A stretch of DNA of 64,000 nucleotides from Armatimonadota bacterium (GTDB taxonomy: Bacteria; Armatimonadota; UBA10988): positions 9,225 through 73,224 of the forward strand of contig JACRKZ010000093.1 of NCBI GenBank assembly GCA_016235455.1. Direction: 5' to 3'. The notes beneath the pieces were generated by a model. It searched no databases and was not told the DNA's origin. It saw only the letters and a list, made by a program, of their open reading frames with translations. Both the position numbers and the translations under genes were made by a program. Each line of letters starts with the position of its first letter. Within the stretch, counting starts at the first letter, position 1. Positions 24,064 through 33,576 of this stretch are shown here, in pieces.

Positions 24064-25290
24064 ATGCCAGACGTGATGACGCCCGCCGAGACGATGATCC
24101 GGATCGAACGACTGGTGGCCCAGGGCCTGGTGCGCGAGGCTGCGGAGGTCGCCGCCGCCGCGCTCTGGCAGCATGCCGACCAACCAGACCTGCTGCTGGC
24201 CATGGCCGCGCTGAATGAGCACTTGGGCGAGACCGAGTTGGCCCTCGGCGCCTACGAGCGGGCCTGTGCCGTGGCCGCCGACCGCGTCGACGCTTGGCGC
24301 GGGTGGGTCGACGCCCTGACCCATGCTGGGCGTGCCGCCGACGCCGGACCGGGGCTGGCGCGGCTCATGGCGCTGCAGCCACCGATCTGGCAGCAGGTCA
24401 CCGTGGAGGTCACCACCTACTGCAACCTGAAGTGCCGCGGCTGCGCGCGCACCATCGACGCGGCGCGCGGCCAGTGGACCAACCGCCATATGAGCGTCGA
24501 CTCGTTCCGCCGCATCGTGGAGGCCATCCCGCCCACCGCCGAGATCGTCACCCAGGGCGTGGGCGAGCCGACACTGCACCCCGACCTGCCCGGCATCATC
24601 GCCGTGGCGGCGGGCAGCGGCAAGTTCGGCTGCATCTGCTTCACCACCAACGCGCTGGTGCGCGATGCGGACTACCACCAGGAACTGTTCGACCGTGGGC
24701 TGAGCCATCTGCTGGTATCCGTGGACTCGCTGGAGCCCGACTTGGCCCAGACCGTGCGGGGCGGCACCAACGCAAGCGATCTGCGCGAGCGGCTGGCTAT
24801 TCTGTTGCGGCGCTTCCCCGGCCGGGTGATCGTGGAGATCACCCTGGGTGGCACCAACTTGCATGGGCTGGCCCAGACCCTGGCCGACCTGCAGGCGACC
24901 GGCGCAGGTCGCGTCAACATCCATCCATTCGACGACATGGGCCTGCCCGACGACTGCCTCAGCCGCGAGCGCAGGGCCGCCATCGCGCAGGTGGTGCCTG
25001 ACCTGCGGCGCGCCTTCCCCGGTCTGCATATCGAGTTCCACAATGCCGATCCTTCTCCGGCGGTCTGCCGGCATCCGCTGTTCGAGCCGGCCATTCGCGT
25101 CGACGGCAGCCTGACCCCCTGCTGCCGCATCCTCGACGACGGCGGCTTCAGCTTCGGCAACCTGCTGGAGCAGTCGTTCGAAGAGGTGTGGTTCGGCACT
25201 GCCACCGACCGTTGGCGCCGCGCATTTGAGCAGCGCTCGCCCGACCTCTGCGCGGGCTGCCCGATGTTCCTGCCCCGCCCGGGCGCCTGA
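24064..25290 (+). CDS. TPR-containing radical SAM protein with a SPASM/twitch domain
   Basis: AGGAG RBS and ATG at 24064; N-terminal TPR-like helices; EVTTYCNLKCRGC; GVGEPTLHP; C..P...IRVDGSLTPCC..FGNLLEQSFEEVW..CAGC. Confidence 0.88.
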   Translation: MPDVMTPAETMIRIERLVAQGLVREAAEVAAAALWQHADQPDLLLAMAALNEHLGETELALGAYERACAVAADRVDAWRGWVDALTHAGRAADAGPGLARLMALQPPIWQQVTVEVTTYCNLKCRGCARTIDAARGQWTNRHMSVDSFRRIVEAIPPTAEIVTQGVGEPTLHPDLPGIIAVAAGSGKFGCICFTTNALVRDADYHQELFDRGLSHLLVSVDSLEPDLAQTVRGGTNASDLRERLAILLRRFPGRVIVEITLGGTNLHGLAQTLADLQATGAGRVNIHPFDDMGLPDDCLSRERRAAIAQVVPDLRRAFPGLHIEFHNADPSPAVCRHPLFEPAIRVDGSLTPCCRILDDGGFSFGNLLEQSFEEVWFGTATDRWRRAFEQRSPDLCAGCPMFLPRPGA

Positions 25291-25882
25291 GGCGACCTGC
25301 CGTGGCCCAGACCAACATTCAGGACCGCCACGCGTAGGCGTCGCGCCGCTGCGACAGTGCGTCGCTCTCATGGGGTGCAGCGCCTTACTGGGCCGCCCGG
25401 CGCTCCGTCACTCGCCAGACTGGCAGCCAGTCACCAACTGCGGTCCAGTTCCTCGTCCGCGGTCTGCGGGATAGTCAGCACGTGCTCCAGCCCGCCGGCC
25501 TCGGCAGGGCCCAGCCCCATGCGCCTGAGTACCAACGGCTCGATTGCCCCGCTGGCTTGCTGCTCCCTGAGCAGCGCTGGTCATGCTGCTCTCCGGGCTT
25601 CGCCTGCCGTTCATGCACTCGCACAGCCCCTGCACGCCACCGCCAACGACGCGCGCTGCGCTGGGATCGTCCATGCCGGCGCCGCCCACCCCGGCCGAAC
25701 GGCGCAGATGGATGGAACCACGCCATGCGCCTCGTCTCCCTTGCTTCATCTGCTCACCGTGCGGGGCCAGCGCGCCTGCGCACCGACGCCGGTGCACCAG
25801 ACTGACTGATGCCAGACAATCGCCGACGCCGATTGTGCGCGGGCGAAGCGGTCGCTGGCCTGTGTGCCAAGGAGACCATGAT

Positions 25883-27211
25883 ATGAGGCGATGCCTGACG
25901 TTGCTGGCGACCGTTGCGGCCGCCGGCCTGGTGGGCTGCGGCAGCGGCTCCGCGGGCGGCCAAGCCGCCAATCCGGCCTTCGCGCGGATGACGGTCGGAC
26001 AGGGCACCAGCCCGACGACGGGTGCCATTGCGGGCAGCGTCACCGATGCCGCCGGCTCGCCGGTGGCCCAAGCGGCAGTCGTGGTTACCACGGGCGGCAC
26101 GGGCCGCGCCGCGGGGCAGGGCTCGTTCTCCGTGACTACGGACGCGCTCGGCCATTTCGCCATCGGCAACATGACACCAGGCAGATACCACGTCGACGCG
26201 ACGCACGACGCCTATGGCGGCATGAGTGAGGATGTCGTGGTATCGGCTGGCCAGAACCACGACATGGGCGCCATGCACATGGCCCCGACGGGCCAGTCGG
26301 GCATGGGCGGCGGCGCCATGGGCCCACAGCCCGATGGCGCCAGCGCCGGTAGTGGCATGGGCATCATCCTGGGCCTCGTGACCCACGACGACGACATGCC
26401 GTTTGAGGGCGTGACGCTGACCACCGGCAACGGCCACTTCACGGCCACTGGGCCCGACGGCCTGTTCGCGCTCGGGAATCTGCCGCCGGGCCACTACGAT
26501 GTGACCGCCAGCGGCGCCGAACACCACGATGTCATGCTGAGCGCCGACGTGACCGGTCAGCAGGTCGCTGGTCCGCTGCACTTCATGATGCTGGACGGCC
26601 AGGGCGCGGCCGTGCCGGGCTCAGCGAGTCTGGCCGGGCAGGTCATCAACGCGGCCACGCACGCAGCGGTCGCCGGCGCACAGGTCTCGGTCATGGCGGG
26701 CACGCCCGTCACCTCGATGGCCGACGGCACCTTCGCCCTGGCCGGCGTACGGCCCGGCATGCGCATGCTGCGCGTTACGGCAAGCGGTTACCTGCCCTAT
26801 GCGCAGCCCGTCATGCTCCAGAACGGCGACGCCTTGACTGACGTGGTCGTGGCACTGGACACCGTGCCAGCCAGCGCCTCCGCCACTGGCACCATCCACG
26901 CCATGGTCACCGACTCGGTGAGTGGCCTGCCCATCGGCGGCGCGGCGGTGCAGATCGACAACCGTCGCCCGTTCCACACCGGTGCCGATGGCACCGCCAC
27001 GATCACCGGGGTGCCAGCGGGCGCCCATGCGGTGCGCATCGGGGCACGCAGACATCTCATGCACGAGGAGCAGGTGACGGTGCTGGCCGACCAGACCGTG
27101 CACGTACCAGCGGCGCCGCAGCCGGCCACCGATCTGCAAGTCGGCGACGGCCATGGCCCCATGGGCCACGGCGGTGGCGGCGGCGGTGGTATGGGCGGAA
27201 TGCGCCACTGA
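25883..27211 (+). CDS. Lipoprotein with about four carboxypeptidase-regulatory-like beta-sandwich repeats, His/Met-rich
   Basis: Lipobox LVGC; repeats G.V.D..G.P...A.V...T...G.F...PG.Y; GGAG RBS. Confidence 0.8.
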   Translation: MRRCLTLLATVAAAGLVGCGSGSAGGQAANPAFARMTVGQGTSPTTGAIAGSVTDAAGSPVAQAAVVVTTGGTGRAAGQGSFSVTTDALGHFAIGNMTPGRYHVDATHDAYGGMSEDVVVSAGQNHDMGAMHMAPTGQSGMGGGAMGPQPDGASAGSGMGIILGLVTHDDDMPFEGVTLTTGNGHFTATGPDGLFALGNLPPGHYDVTASGAEHHDVMLSADVTGQQVAGPLHFMMLDGQGAAVPGSASLAGQVINAATHAAVAGAQVSVMAGTPVTSMADGTFALAGVRPGMRMLRVTASGYLPYAQPVMLQNGDALTDVVVALDTVPASASATGTIHAMVTDSVSGLPIGGAAVQIDNRRPFHTGADGTATITGVPAGAHAVRIGARRHLMHEEQVTVLADQTVHVPAAPQPATDLQVGDGHGPMGHGGGGGGGMGGMRH

Positions 27212-27447
27212 CGACGGCTTGGCCAATAGCCTATGCAGAGCGAACAGGGCCGAGCAGCGCCGCTGCTTGGCCCCGTTCGCTTGGGGCTTGGGGCGCACGG
27301 CGCCATCGCGGGCACGCGGCCCTTGGCGGCCGAGTCTGCACGGTCGTCAGTTGCCTGGGCACGACCTGGCAAAGAAGGCCGAGGGCCCAAGACAGCTGTG
27401 GACCGCGGCGCGGAGCTGAGCGCCACCTACCCGCGCGCGGCCAGCGG

Positions 27448-27456
27448 TGCTACACT
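27448..27456 (+). promoter_or_regulatory. Extended -10 promoter element
   Basis: TGcTACACT about 25 nt upstream of the hydrolase start; the same 13-mer occurs at 63886-63898. Confidence 0.5.
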
Positions 27457-27481
27457 GCCGCGACCGATGCGGGAGGCAACC

Positions 27482-29845
27482 ATGCGGATCCTAGGGGCGA
27501 GTCTGGCGGTGTTGTTGTGCCTGGCGCCGACGCTGGCCGACACCACGCTGACGGCCGGCGCGCTGGGCGCGACCGTCGCGGACAGCGGTGGCCTGACCAG
27601 CCTGACCGTCGATGGTGTCGAGTGGCTGGGCCCCAAGGCTGGCGGGCTGCGCGGCTTCTACTTCTACCAGGACAAGCCGCTGACGCTGAGCAAGGTGGAG
27701 AAGCAGGGCGCTGCCGCCGTGCTGGCTAGCGCCGACTTTGGCAGCGTGCGCTACGAGTTCGGCGAGGCCGGCGGCACGTGGTTGGTCACCAACGCCACCG
27801 ACAAGCCGATGGAGTTCGTCGGCCTGTTCGAGGCGCCGACACATGTGGCCAACGACAAGGGCGAGATGGTCAAGGCGCTGGGCAACCAGCCGTGGCCGAC
27901 CACGTCGTGGTTCGTCGACAAGCGCAAGCTGACCATCACCGGAGGCACCCGCATCTGGGGACCCTACTCCAAGACGTTGGAGGTGTGGCACTGCACGCTG
28001 GCGCCAAAGGAGGCGCGCACCATCACGTTGACGCTGGGCAACGCGTCCGAGGCGGAGCTGTCGGTGATGGCGGGCAAGGCGCCAGCGCCGACCGCACCGG
28101 CCGTGCCGGCCGCGCCGGCTGCGCCGGCGTTGGGCGAGCGCGTGGTGATGTGCGATGCCTACAGCGCGACGGTCGGCGAGGACGGATGCGTGACCAGCCT
28201 GAAGACCGGCGGGCAGGAGTTCCTGGTCAGCGCCGCGGGCTTCCCGCGCGGTGGCTATTTCTTCCAGGGCACGGGCATCGTGCGCATGGCCCGAGTCAAC
28301 CAGCCCGAGCCTGGCGTGGTGCTGGCCGACGGCGACAAGTGTGCAGCCAAGTATGAGTTCGCCGCCAAGGGGCAGACCTGGAGCCTGACCAACAAGACGG
28401 ACCAGCCGATGCTGTTCGTGGTGGTGATGGACGCCGGGGTGGGCGCGGTGTGCAACGAGCAGGGCACGTTCGCCAAGCCGCCCATCGAGCGCCCGTGGGG
28501 CACGGCGACGTGGTTCCGCGGCGAGGCCAATGTGACCCTGGCCGGCGGCACGCGCATCTGGGGACCTTGGAACGACAAGCACGCCATCTGGGAGACATCG
28601 ATCCCGGCGCATGGCACGACCAAGGTTGACGTCAAGGTAGGCGCGGCGAGCCCCGAGCAGGTGGGTCAGGCGCTGAAGGTGGCAGCCGCGGCGCGTGAGG
28701 TGCCGCGTGATCCGGACGGACCAATGTGGGATTTGCAGCGCTTCGCGGCCGCGCCGCGTGTGTGGCCGGCCGAGGGCTTCACCAGCCCCGACTGCCGATC
28801 CGTCTACTTCGAGGGACCAGCCTACCAGGGCAAGCCGACCAAGGTGTTCGCCTGGATCGGCCTGCCCAAGGTCGAGCCGGGCACGAAGGTGCCGGCCATG
28901 GTGCTGGTGCACGGCGGAGGTGGCACGGCATTCGACGCGTGGGTGCGGCGCTGGACCAGTCGCGGCTACGCGGCCATCGCCATGGACACCTGCGGCTGCG
29001 TGCCGCACGGCGAGTACGGCAAATGGGACCGCAACCCCGAAGGCGGCCCTCCCGGCTGGGGCGGCTACGGCCAGATCGACGATCCGCGTGAGGATCAGTG
29101 GACCTTTAACGCCGTCGCGAGCGCGCTGCTCGCTCATTCACTGCTGCGCAGCCTGCCCGAGGTCGATCCTGACCGCGTCGGGCTGACCGGCATCTCGTGG
29201 GGCGGCTATCTGGCCAGCCTCCTGGCCGGCGTCGACTCGCGGCTCAAGTGCGTCATCCCCGTGTATGGCTGCGGCTTCACCAACGAGCACAGCTTCGCGG
29301 GTAGCGTCGCCGCGCTGGGGCCGGAGCGCGCCGCGCGGTGGATGCGCTGGTGGGATCCGTCGGCCTATCTGGCCAACGCCAAGATGCCCATGTGCTGGGT
29401 GACCGGCACCAACGATTTTGCCTACACCTTCAATGCGCTGCAGAAGAGCTATCGACTGCCCACCGGGCCGCGCACGCTGTGCATCCGCCTGCGCATGCCG
29501 CACGGCCATGGCGACGCGGGCGAGGGGCCGGCAGAGATCTTCGCCTTTGCCGACAGCGTGCTCAAGGGCGGCGTGCCGCTGGCCAAGATGAGCGCGGCCA
29601 AGCGCGACAAGCTGGCGGTCTCGGCGACGGTGGAGAGCCGCGCGGCGATCAAGAAGGCGGAGCTGTGCTTCACCAAGGACCGCGTGCGTTGGCCTGACCG
29701 CCTTTGGCAGACGGTGCCGGCCACCCTTGACGGCACCCGCCTGAGCGCCACACTGCCCGAGGGTGTCAGTTGCTGGTACCTCAATGTGTTCGATGATCGG
29801 GATCTGTGCATCAGTACCGAGCACGAGGAGATTCCGGCCGGCTGA
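27482..29845 (+). CDS. Secreted alpha/beta hydrolase (acetyl xylan esterase/peptidase-like) with a duplicated N-terminal domain
   Basis: Signal peptide; VLVHGGGG, nucleophile GISWGG, D in GTND, H in MPHGH; two ~190-aa N-terminal repeats, each containing GGTRIWGP. Confidence 0.85.
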   Translation: MRILGASLAVLLCLAPTLADTTLTAGALGATVADSGGLTSLTVDGVEWLGPKAGGLRGFYFYQDKPLTLSKVEKQGAAAVLASADFGSVRYEFGEAGGTWLVTNATDKPMEFVGLFEAPTHVANDKGEMVKALGNQPWPTTSWFVDKRKLTITGGTRIWGPYSKTLEVWHCTLAPKEARTITLTLGNASEAELSVMAGKAPAPTAPAVPAAPAAPALGERVVMCDAYSATVGEDGCVTSLKTGGQEFLVSAAGFPRGGYFFQGTGIVRMARVNQPEPGVVLADGDKCAAKYEFAAKGQTWSLTNKTDQPMLFVVVMDAGVGAVCNEQGTFAKPPIERPWGTATWFRGEANVTLAGGTRIWGPWNDKHAIWETSIPAHGTTKVDVKVGAASPEQVGQALKVAAAAREVPRDPDGPMWDLQRFAAAPRVWPAEGFTSPDCRSVYFEGPAYQGKPTKVFAWIGLPKVEPGTKVPAMVLVHGGGGTAFDAWVRRWTSRGYAAIAMDTCGCVPHGEYGKWDRNPEGGPPGWGGYGQIDDPREDQWTFNAVASALLAHSLLRSLPEVDPDRVGLTGISWGGYLASLLAGVDSRLKCVIPVYGCGFTNEHSFAGSVAALGPERAARWMRWWDPSAYLANAKMPMCWVTGTNDFAYTFNALQKSYRLPTGPRTLCIRLRMPHGHGDAGEGPAEIFAFADSVLKGGVPLAKMSAAKRDKLAVSATVESRAAIKKAELCFTKDRVRWPDRLWQTVPATLDGTRLSATLPEGVSCWYLNVFDDRDLCISTEHEEIPAG

Positions 29846-29868
29846 GACAACGGCGATCCGAATGGCGG

Positions 29869-29930
29869 ACCGGCTTCAGGCGGGGCACGGGCGTGAGTCC
29901 AGAGCGGCATGTCGCCTGAAGGCGGTACTC
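29869..29930. repeat. REP-like imperfect inverted repeat
   Basis: ACCGGCTTCAGGCG ... CGCCTGAAGGCGGT (13/14 complementary) followed by ACTC. Confidence 0.45.
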
Positions 29931-29993
29931 TCCGCGGCAGGCCCAGCAGGCGTGGGTCGCGCGCTCACAATGTGGTAGAACAACCGGAGGACC

Positions 29994-31394
29994 ATGCCCA
30001 ACGCACACCAGCCAGCCGACAGCCCTGCCGCCCGGCCCGCCGAACGACGGCGGCGGCTCAACACGGCCCTCAGTCTGGCCGGCGTGGTGGGCGATGCGGT
30101 GGTGCTCAACCTGGCCATGGTGCTGGCCTTCTGGTTGCGCTTTCGTAGCGGCTGGCTGGCCGTGCCCAAAGGCGAGCCGCTGACGCTCGAAGCCTACTGG
30201 GGCGCCATGGTCGCGGTGACCGGCGTGTGGTGGGTGGTGTTTGGCTGGCTCGGCCTGTACCGGCCGCGTCCCTGGTCCACCGCGCTCGATGAAGCCTATC
30301 GCGTGCTCATTGCGTCGGTCGGCGTGCTGGTGGCGTCACTGGCGCTCAGCTTCCTGTATCGCTCGTCAGAGTATTCGCGGCTGACTGCCGGGCTGGCCTT
30401 CTTCCTGGCGGTGCTGCTGGCCATGACCCAACGGGCCGTGGGGCTGAGGCTGGTCAAGGGCCTGCTGCGACAGCCAGGCTATCGCACCCGCGTGGCGCTG
30501 CTAGGCACGCCGCCCGAGGTGCGCGAGGCGATTGGCGATGACCGTGAGGTGGTGCTCGAGCTGCCCGCCGATGCCGATCATCTGGCGCAGGTGCGCTGTG
30601 GCGTCGAGCACGGCGACATCGATGAGGTCATGCTCAGACGGCACGGCTTGGACAGCAACACGCTCGTGGCACTGTTCCGCGCGTGTGAGTCGGTCGGCGC
30701 GGCAGTGGTACTTGTCGCCGACCAGGTTGACCTGCTGCTGGCGCGGGGCACGCGCGAGGACACGGCCGGAGTGCCGCTGGTCCGGGTGCGCGACGTGCCG
30801 CTGGATTCCGCGCAACGCGCCATCAAACGGCTGGCCGACCTGGTCATCGGCGGCGTGCTGCTGGTGCTGTGCGCGCCGCTGATGCTGCTGTTGGGCCATC
30901 TGGTGCGCCACGGTTCGCCGGGGCCGGCGCTGCTGCGGCAGACGCGCGTGACCGAAGGCGGGCGCCAGTTCGCGTGCCTCAAGTTCCGCTCCATGGTGGT
31001 CGACGCCGAGGCCGGCACGGGCGCCGTGTGGACCCAACGCGGCGACCCGCGCGTGACGCCCATCGGCCGGTTCTTGCGGCGCACCAGTCTCGATGAACTG
31101 CCGCAACTGATCAATATCGTGCGCGGTGAGATGAGCCTCATCGGCCCGCGGCCCGAGCGGCCGGAGTTCGTCAATCAGTTCATCGAGGAGATCCCGCGCT
31201 ACGACGATCGCCATCGCATGCCCGCCGGCCTGACCGGCTGGGCGCAAGCCAATGGCGAGCGCGGTAGCGACAGCCAGATCGGCCGGCGCACGCGGTTCGA
31301 TCTGTTCTACGTGGATAACTGGTCGCTGATGCTCGACCTGCAGATCCTGGTCAAGACCGCCGCCGAGGTGTTCTTCCATCGGGGAGCCTACTGA
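29994..31394 (+). CDS. Polyprenyl-phosphate sugar phosphotransferase (WcaJ/WbaP-type priming glycosyltransferase)
   Basis: Four N-terminal TMs, KRLADL, KFRSM, DPRVTPIGRFLRRTSLDELPQL, GEMSLIGPRPE, GLTGWAQ. Confidence 0.95.
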   Translation: MPNAHQPADSPAARPAERRRRLNTALSLAGVVGDAVVLNLAMVLAFWLRFRSGWLAVPKGEPLTLEAYWGAMVAVTGVWWVVFGWLGLYRPRPWSTALDEAYRVLIASVGVLVASLALSFLYRSSEYSRLTAGLAFFLAVLLAMTQRAVGLRLVKGLLRQPGYRTRVALLGTPPEVREAIGDDREVVLELPADADHLAQVRCGVEHGDIDEVMLRRHGLDSNTLVALFRACESVGAAVVLVADQVDLLLARGTREDTAGVPLVRVRDVPLDSAQRAIKRLADLVIGGVLLVLCAPLMLLLGHLVRHGSPGPALLRQTRVTEGGRQFACLKFRSMVVDAEAGTGAVWTQRGDPRVTPIGRFLRRTSLDELPQLINIVRGEMSLIGPRPERPEFVNQFIEEIPRYDDRHRMPAGLTGWAQANGERGSDSQIGRRTRFDLFYVDNWSLMLDLQILVKTAAEVFFHRGAY

Positions 31395-31395
31395 C

Positions 31396-33576
31396 ATGGC
31401 CAAGATTCGCTGGCGACCGGCCGATGTGGCCATGGCGGCACTGCTGCTGGCCACGGCCGTGGGCCTGGGCTGGGCTTGGCTCGACCGGCCGCTGGTGGGC
31501 AACGACATCGAGTGGCAGTACCTGCCGGGCCATGCCTGGCTGGGTCGCGCGGTGGCCGGCGGCGAACTGCCGCTGTGGTGCAGCGAGGCCGGCGCGGGCT
31601 TCCCGCTCGTGGCCGAGGGGCAGATCGGCCCGTTCTATCCCGGCAACCTGCTGCGCGTGACCAGCCTGCCACCGTGGCGGGCCTACGGCCTGACCATGCT
31701 GCTGCATCTGGCGCTGGCTGGGCTGGGCGTGTATGTGCACCTGCGGCTGCTCGGCGCGCGCCGGCTGGCGGCGCTCATCGCCGGCATGACGTTCATGGGC
31801 TCCGGCCCCATCCTTGCGCGCGCGGTCCATCTGAACCTGTTCGAGGGCCTGTGCTGGCTGCCCTGGCTGGGCGTTGGCCTGGAGTTGGCGCTGCGTGGCC
31901 GGCGGGCGCTGGTCGGCGGTGTGGCCGTCGGCATGATGTTGCTCGCGGGGCACCAGCATCCGCTGCTGCTCTCCACGCTGTTCGCGCCGCTCTACCTGAT
32001 CGGCCGCCGTCTGGTCGGCGATGTGGACGCCAGCTGGCGCGATCTGCCGAAACGGGTCCTGACACCGTTTTTGCTGGGCGCGCTGCTGGGGGCCGCGGCC
32101 TGGCTGCCGTTGGCGGAGCTGGTGCCCCAGGGCGAGCGCGCGGCGGGGCTCACCCTCGAGTCGCGAACCGTGCTGTCGCTGGAGCCAGCGGGACTCTATG
32201 CGCTGATCGCTCCGCAGTGGTTCGGCTCGCCCCATGCGGTCGACCAGTCGCCGATGCGGCGGTTCGGGGTGGTGCTCCCGTATGAGTGGTGCCCGTATGT
32301 GGGCCTGGTGCCGCTACTGGCGCTGTGCTGGCTGGGCGGGCTTGGGCGGCGCTGGCGTTGGTTGTTTGGGCTCATGGCGCTGGGCGGGCTGCTGTTGGCC
32401 ATGGGCCGCGTGCTGCCGTTCTACCCAGCGCTCAGCTACCTGCCGGGCTGGTCCATGGTGCGCGGTCCGGGCCGGCTGCTGCCGTTGTTCGCCTACGGCC
32501 TGGCGCTGCTGCTGGGCCTGACCTTGAGCGAGCACACGCTGCGCGGCGGGCCCGTAGGGCGGCCCAGGCTCTACGCCCTGCTGGCCACACTGTTTGCTGC
32601 CCTGCTCCTGGCCGGGATAGCGTGGCTCCTGGCCACGGCGCCGAGCCGCAATGGTGAGCCCTGGTGGCGTGCCGGATCGGTCGTGGGCTGCGCCACGCTG
32701 CTGCTGGCGCTGCGGGTCAAGGCCGGGCGTGGTCGGCTGTGGCTGTCGGCCTTGGCGCTGGTCGTGGCCGCCGACCTGATCAGCGCTTTCTCGGGCTACT
32801 ACGCGCTAGGCGAAACCGACTACTACGACCCACCGGTGGGCGTTGCCGCCATGGGTGACGCGCCGGTGCGGCTGATGGCACCCGACTACCACGGCGTGCT
32901 TGGATCCAACCGCCATCTGCTCTATCCCGGCATCGCCAACGTCGGGCTGCGCAGCGTCTTGGCCACGGCACGCACCATGCACCTCGGCGCTCTGCTGGAG
33001 AAAGGCCGTCGCGATGGCGATAGCGCGGGCCGCACCTGGCTGTCGTTGCTGCGAGTGACCGCGACGCAGTCCCTGCAGACGCCCGAGCGGTCGGTGCCGC
33101 GGCTGCGGCTGAAGCCCACCGGTGTGCCGCCGGCGCCGGATGCCTGGCTGGTGCCGCGTGTGGAACGGGCCGCTTCGGCCCAGGCCAGCCTGGAGCGCGT
33201 CTCACGGCCCGACTGGCGGCCTGACGCCGTGGCCCTTGTCGAAGGCCGCGCGCCGGCGGTGGCGGCGTCCACCCTCGGCACGATCGGTGTGGTGCGCCAC
33301 CTGTCGCGCCAGCGGCTGGCCGTGGCGACCGATTGCCAGGAGGCGCAGATGCTGGTGGTTGGTCAGTCGGCCTATCCCGGCTGGCGCTGCTATCAGCAGG
33401 GCCGCTCCAGTGCGGTGCGCGTGGTGGATCACGCCCTGGCCGGGGCGGTCGTGGCGCCGGGCCGGGGCTGGGTACGGCTCGTCTTCGAGCCGACCACGCA
33501 GCGGTTGGGCCTGTTCCTGAGCTTGCTGGGACTGGCGCTGGTGGTCGCGATGTGGATCGGTGGGCGCCATGAGTGA
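31396..33576 (+). CDS. YfhO-like multi-TM GT-C membrane protein
   Basis: ND..WQYLP, G.LPLW...GAGFP, many TMs, AGHQ, C-terminal YPGW..V..GAVV..G...VRLVFEP. Confidence 0.75.
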   Translation: MAKIRWRPADVAMAALLLATAVGLGWAWLDRPLVGNDIEWQYLPGHAWLGRAVAGGELPLWCSEAGAGFPLVAEGQIGPFYPGNLLRVTSLPPWRAYGLTMLLHLALAGLGVYVHLRLLGARRLAALIAGMTFMGSGPILARAVHLNLFEGLCWLPWLGVGLELALRGRRALVGGVAVGMMLLAGHQHPLLLSTLFAPLYLIGRRLVGDVDASWRDLPKRVLTPFLLGALLGAAAWLPLAELVPQGERAAGLTLESRTVLSLEPAGLYALIAPQWFGSPHAVDQSPMRRFGVVLPYEWCPYVGLVPLLALCWLGGLGRRWRWLFGLMALGGLLLAMGRVLPFYPALSYLPGWSMVRGPGRLLPLFAYGLALLLGLTLSEHTLRGGPVGRPRLYALLATLFAALLLAGIAWLLATAPSRNGEPWWRAGSVVGCATLLLALRVKAGRGRLWLSALALVVAADLISAFSGYYALGETDYYDPPVGVAAMGDAPVRLMAPDYHGVLGSNRHLLYPGIANVGLRSVLATARTMHLGALLEKGRRDGDSAGRTWLSLLRVTATQSLQTPERSVPRLRLKPTGVPPAPDAWLVPRVERAASAQASLERVSRPDWRPDAVALVEGRAPAVAASTLGTIGVVRHLSRQRLAVATDCQEAQMLVVGQSAYPGWRCYQQGRSSAVRVVDHALAGAVVAPGRGWVRLVFEPTTQRLGLFLSLLGLALVVAMWIGGRHE

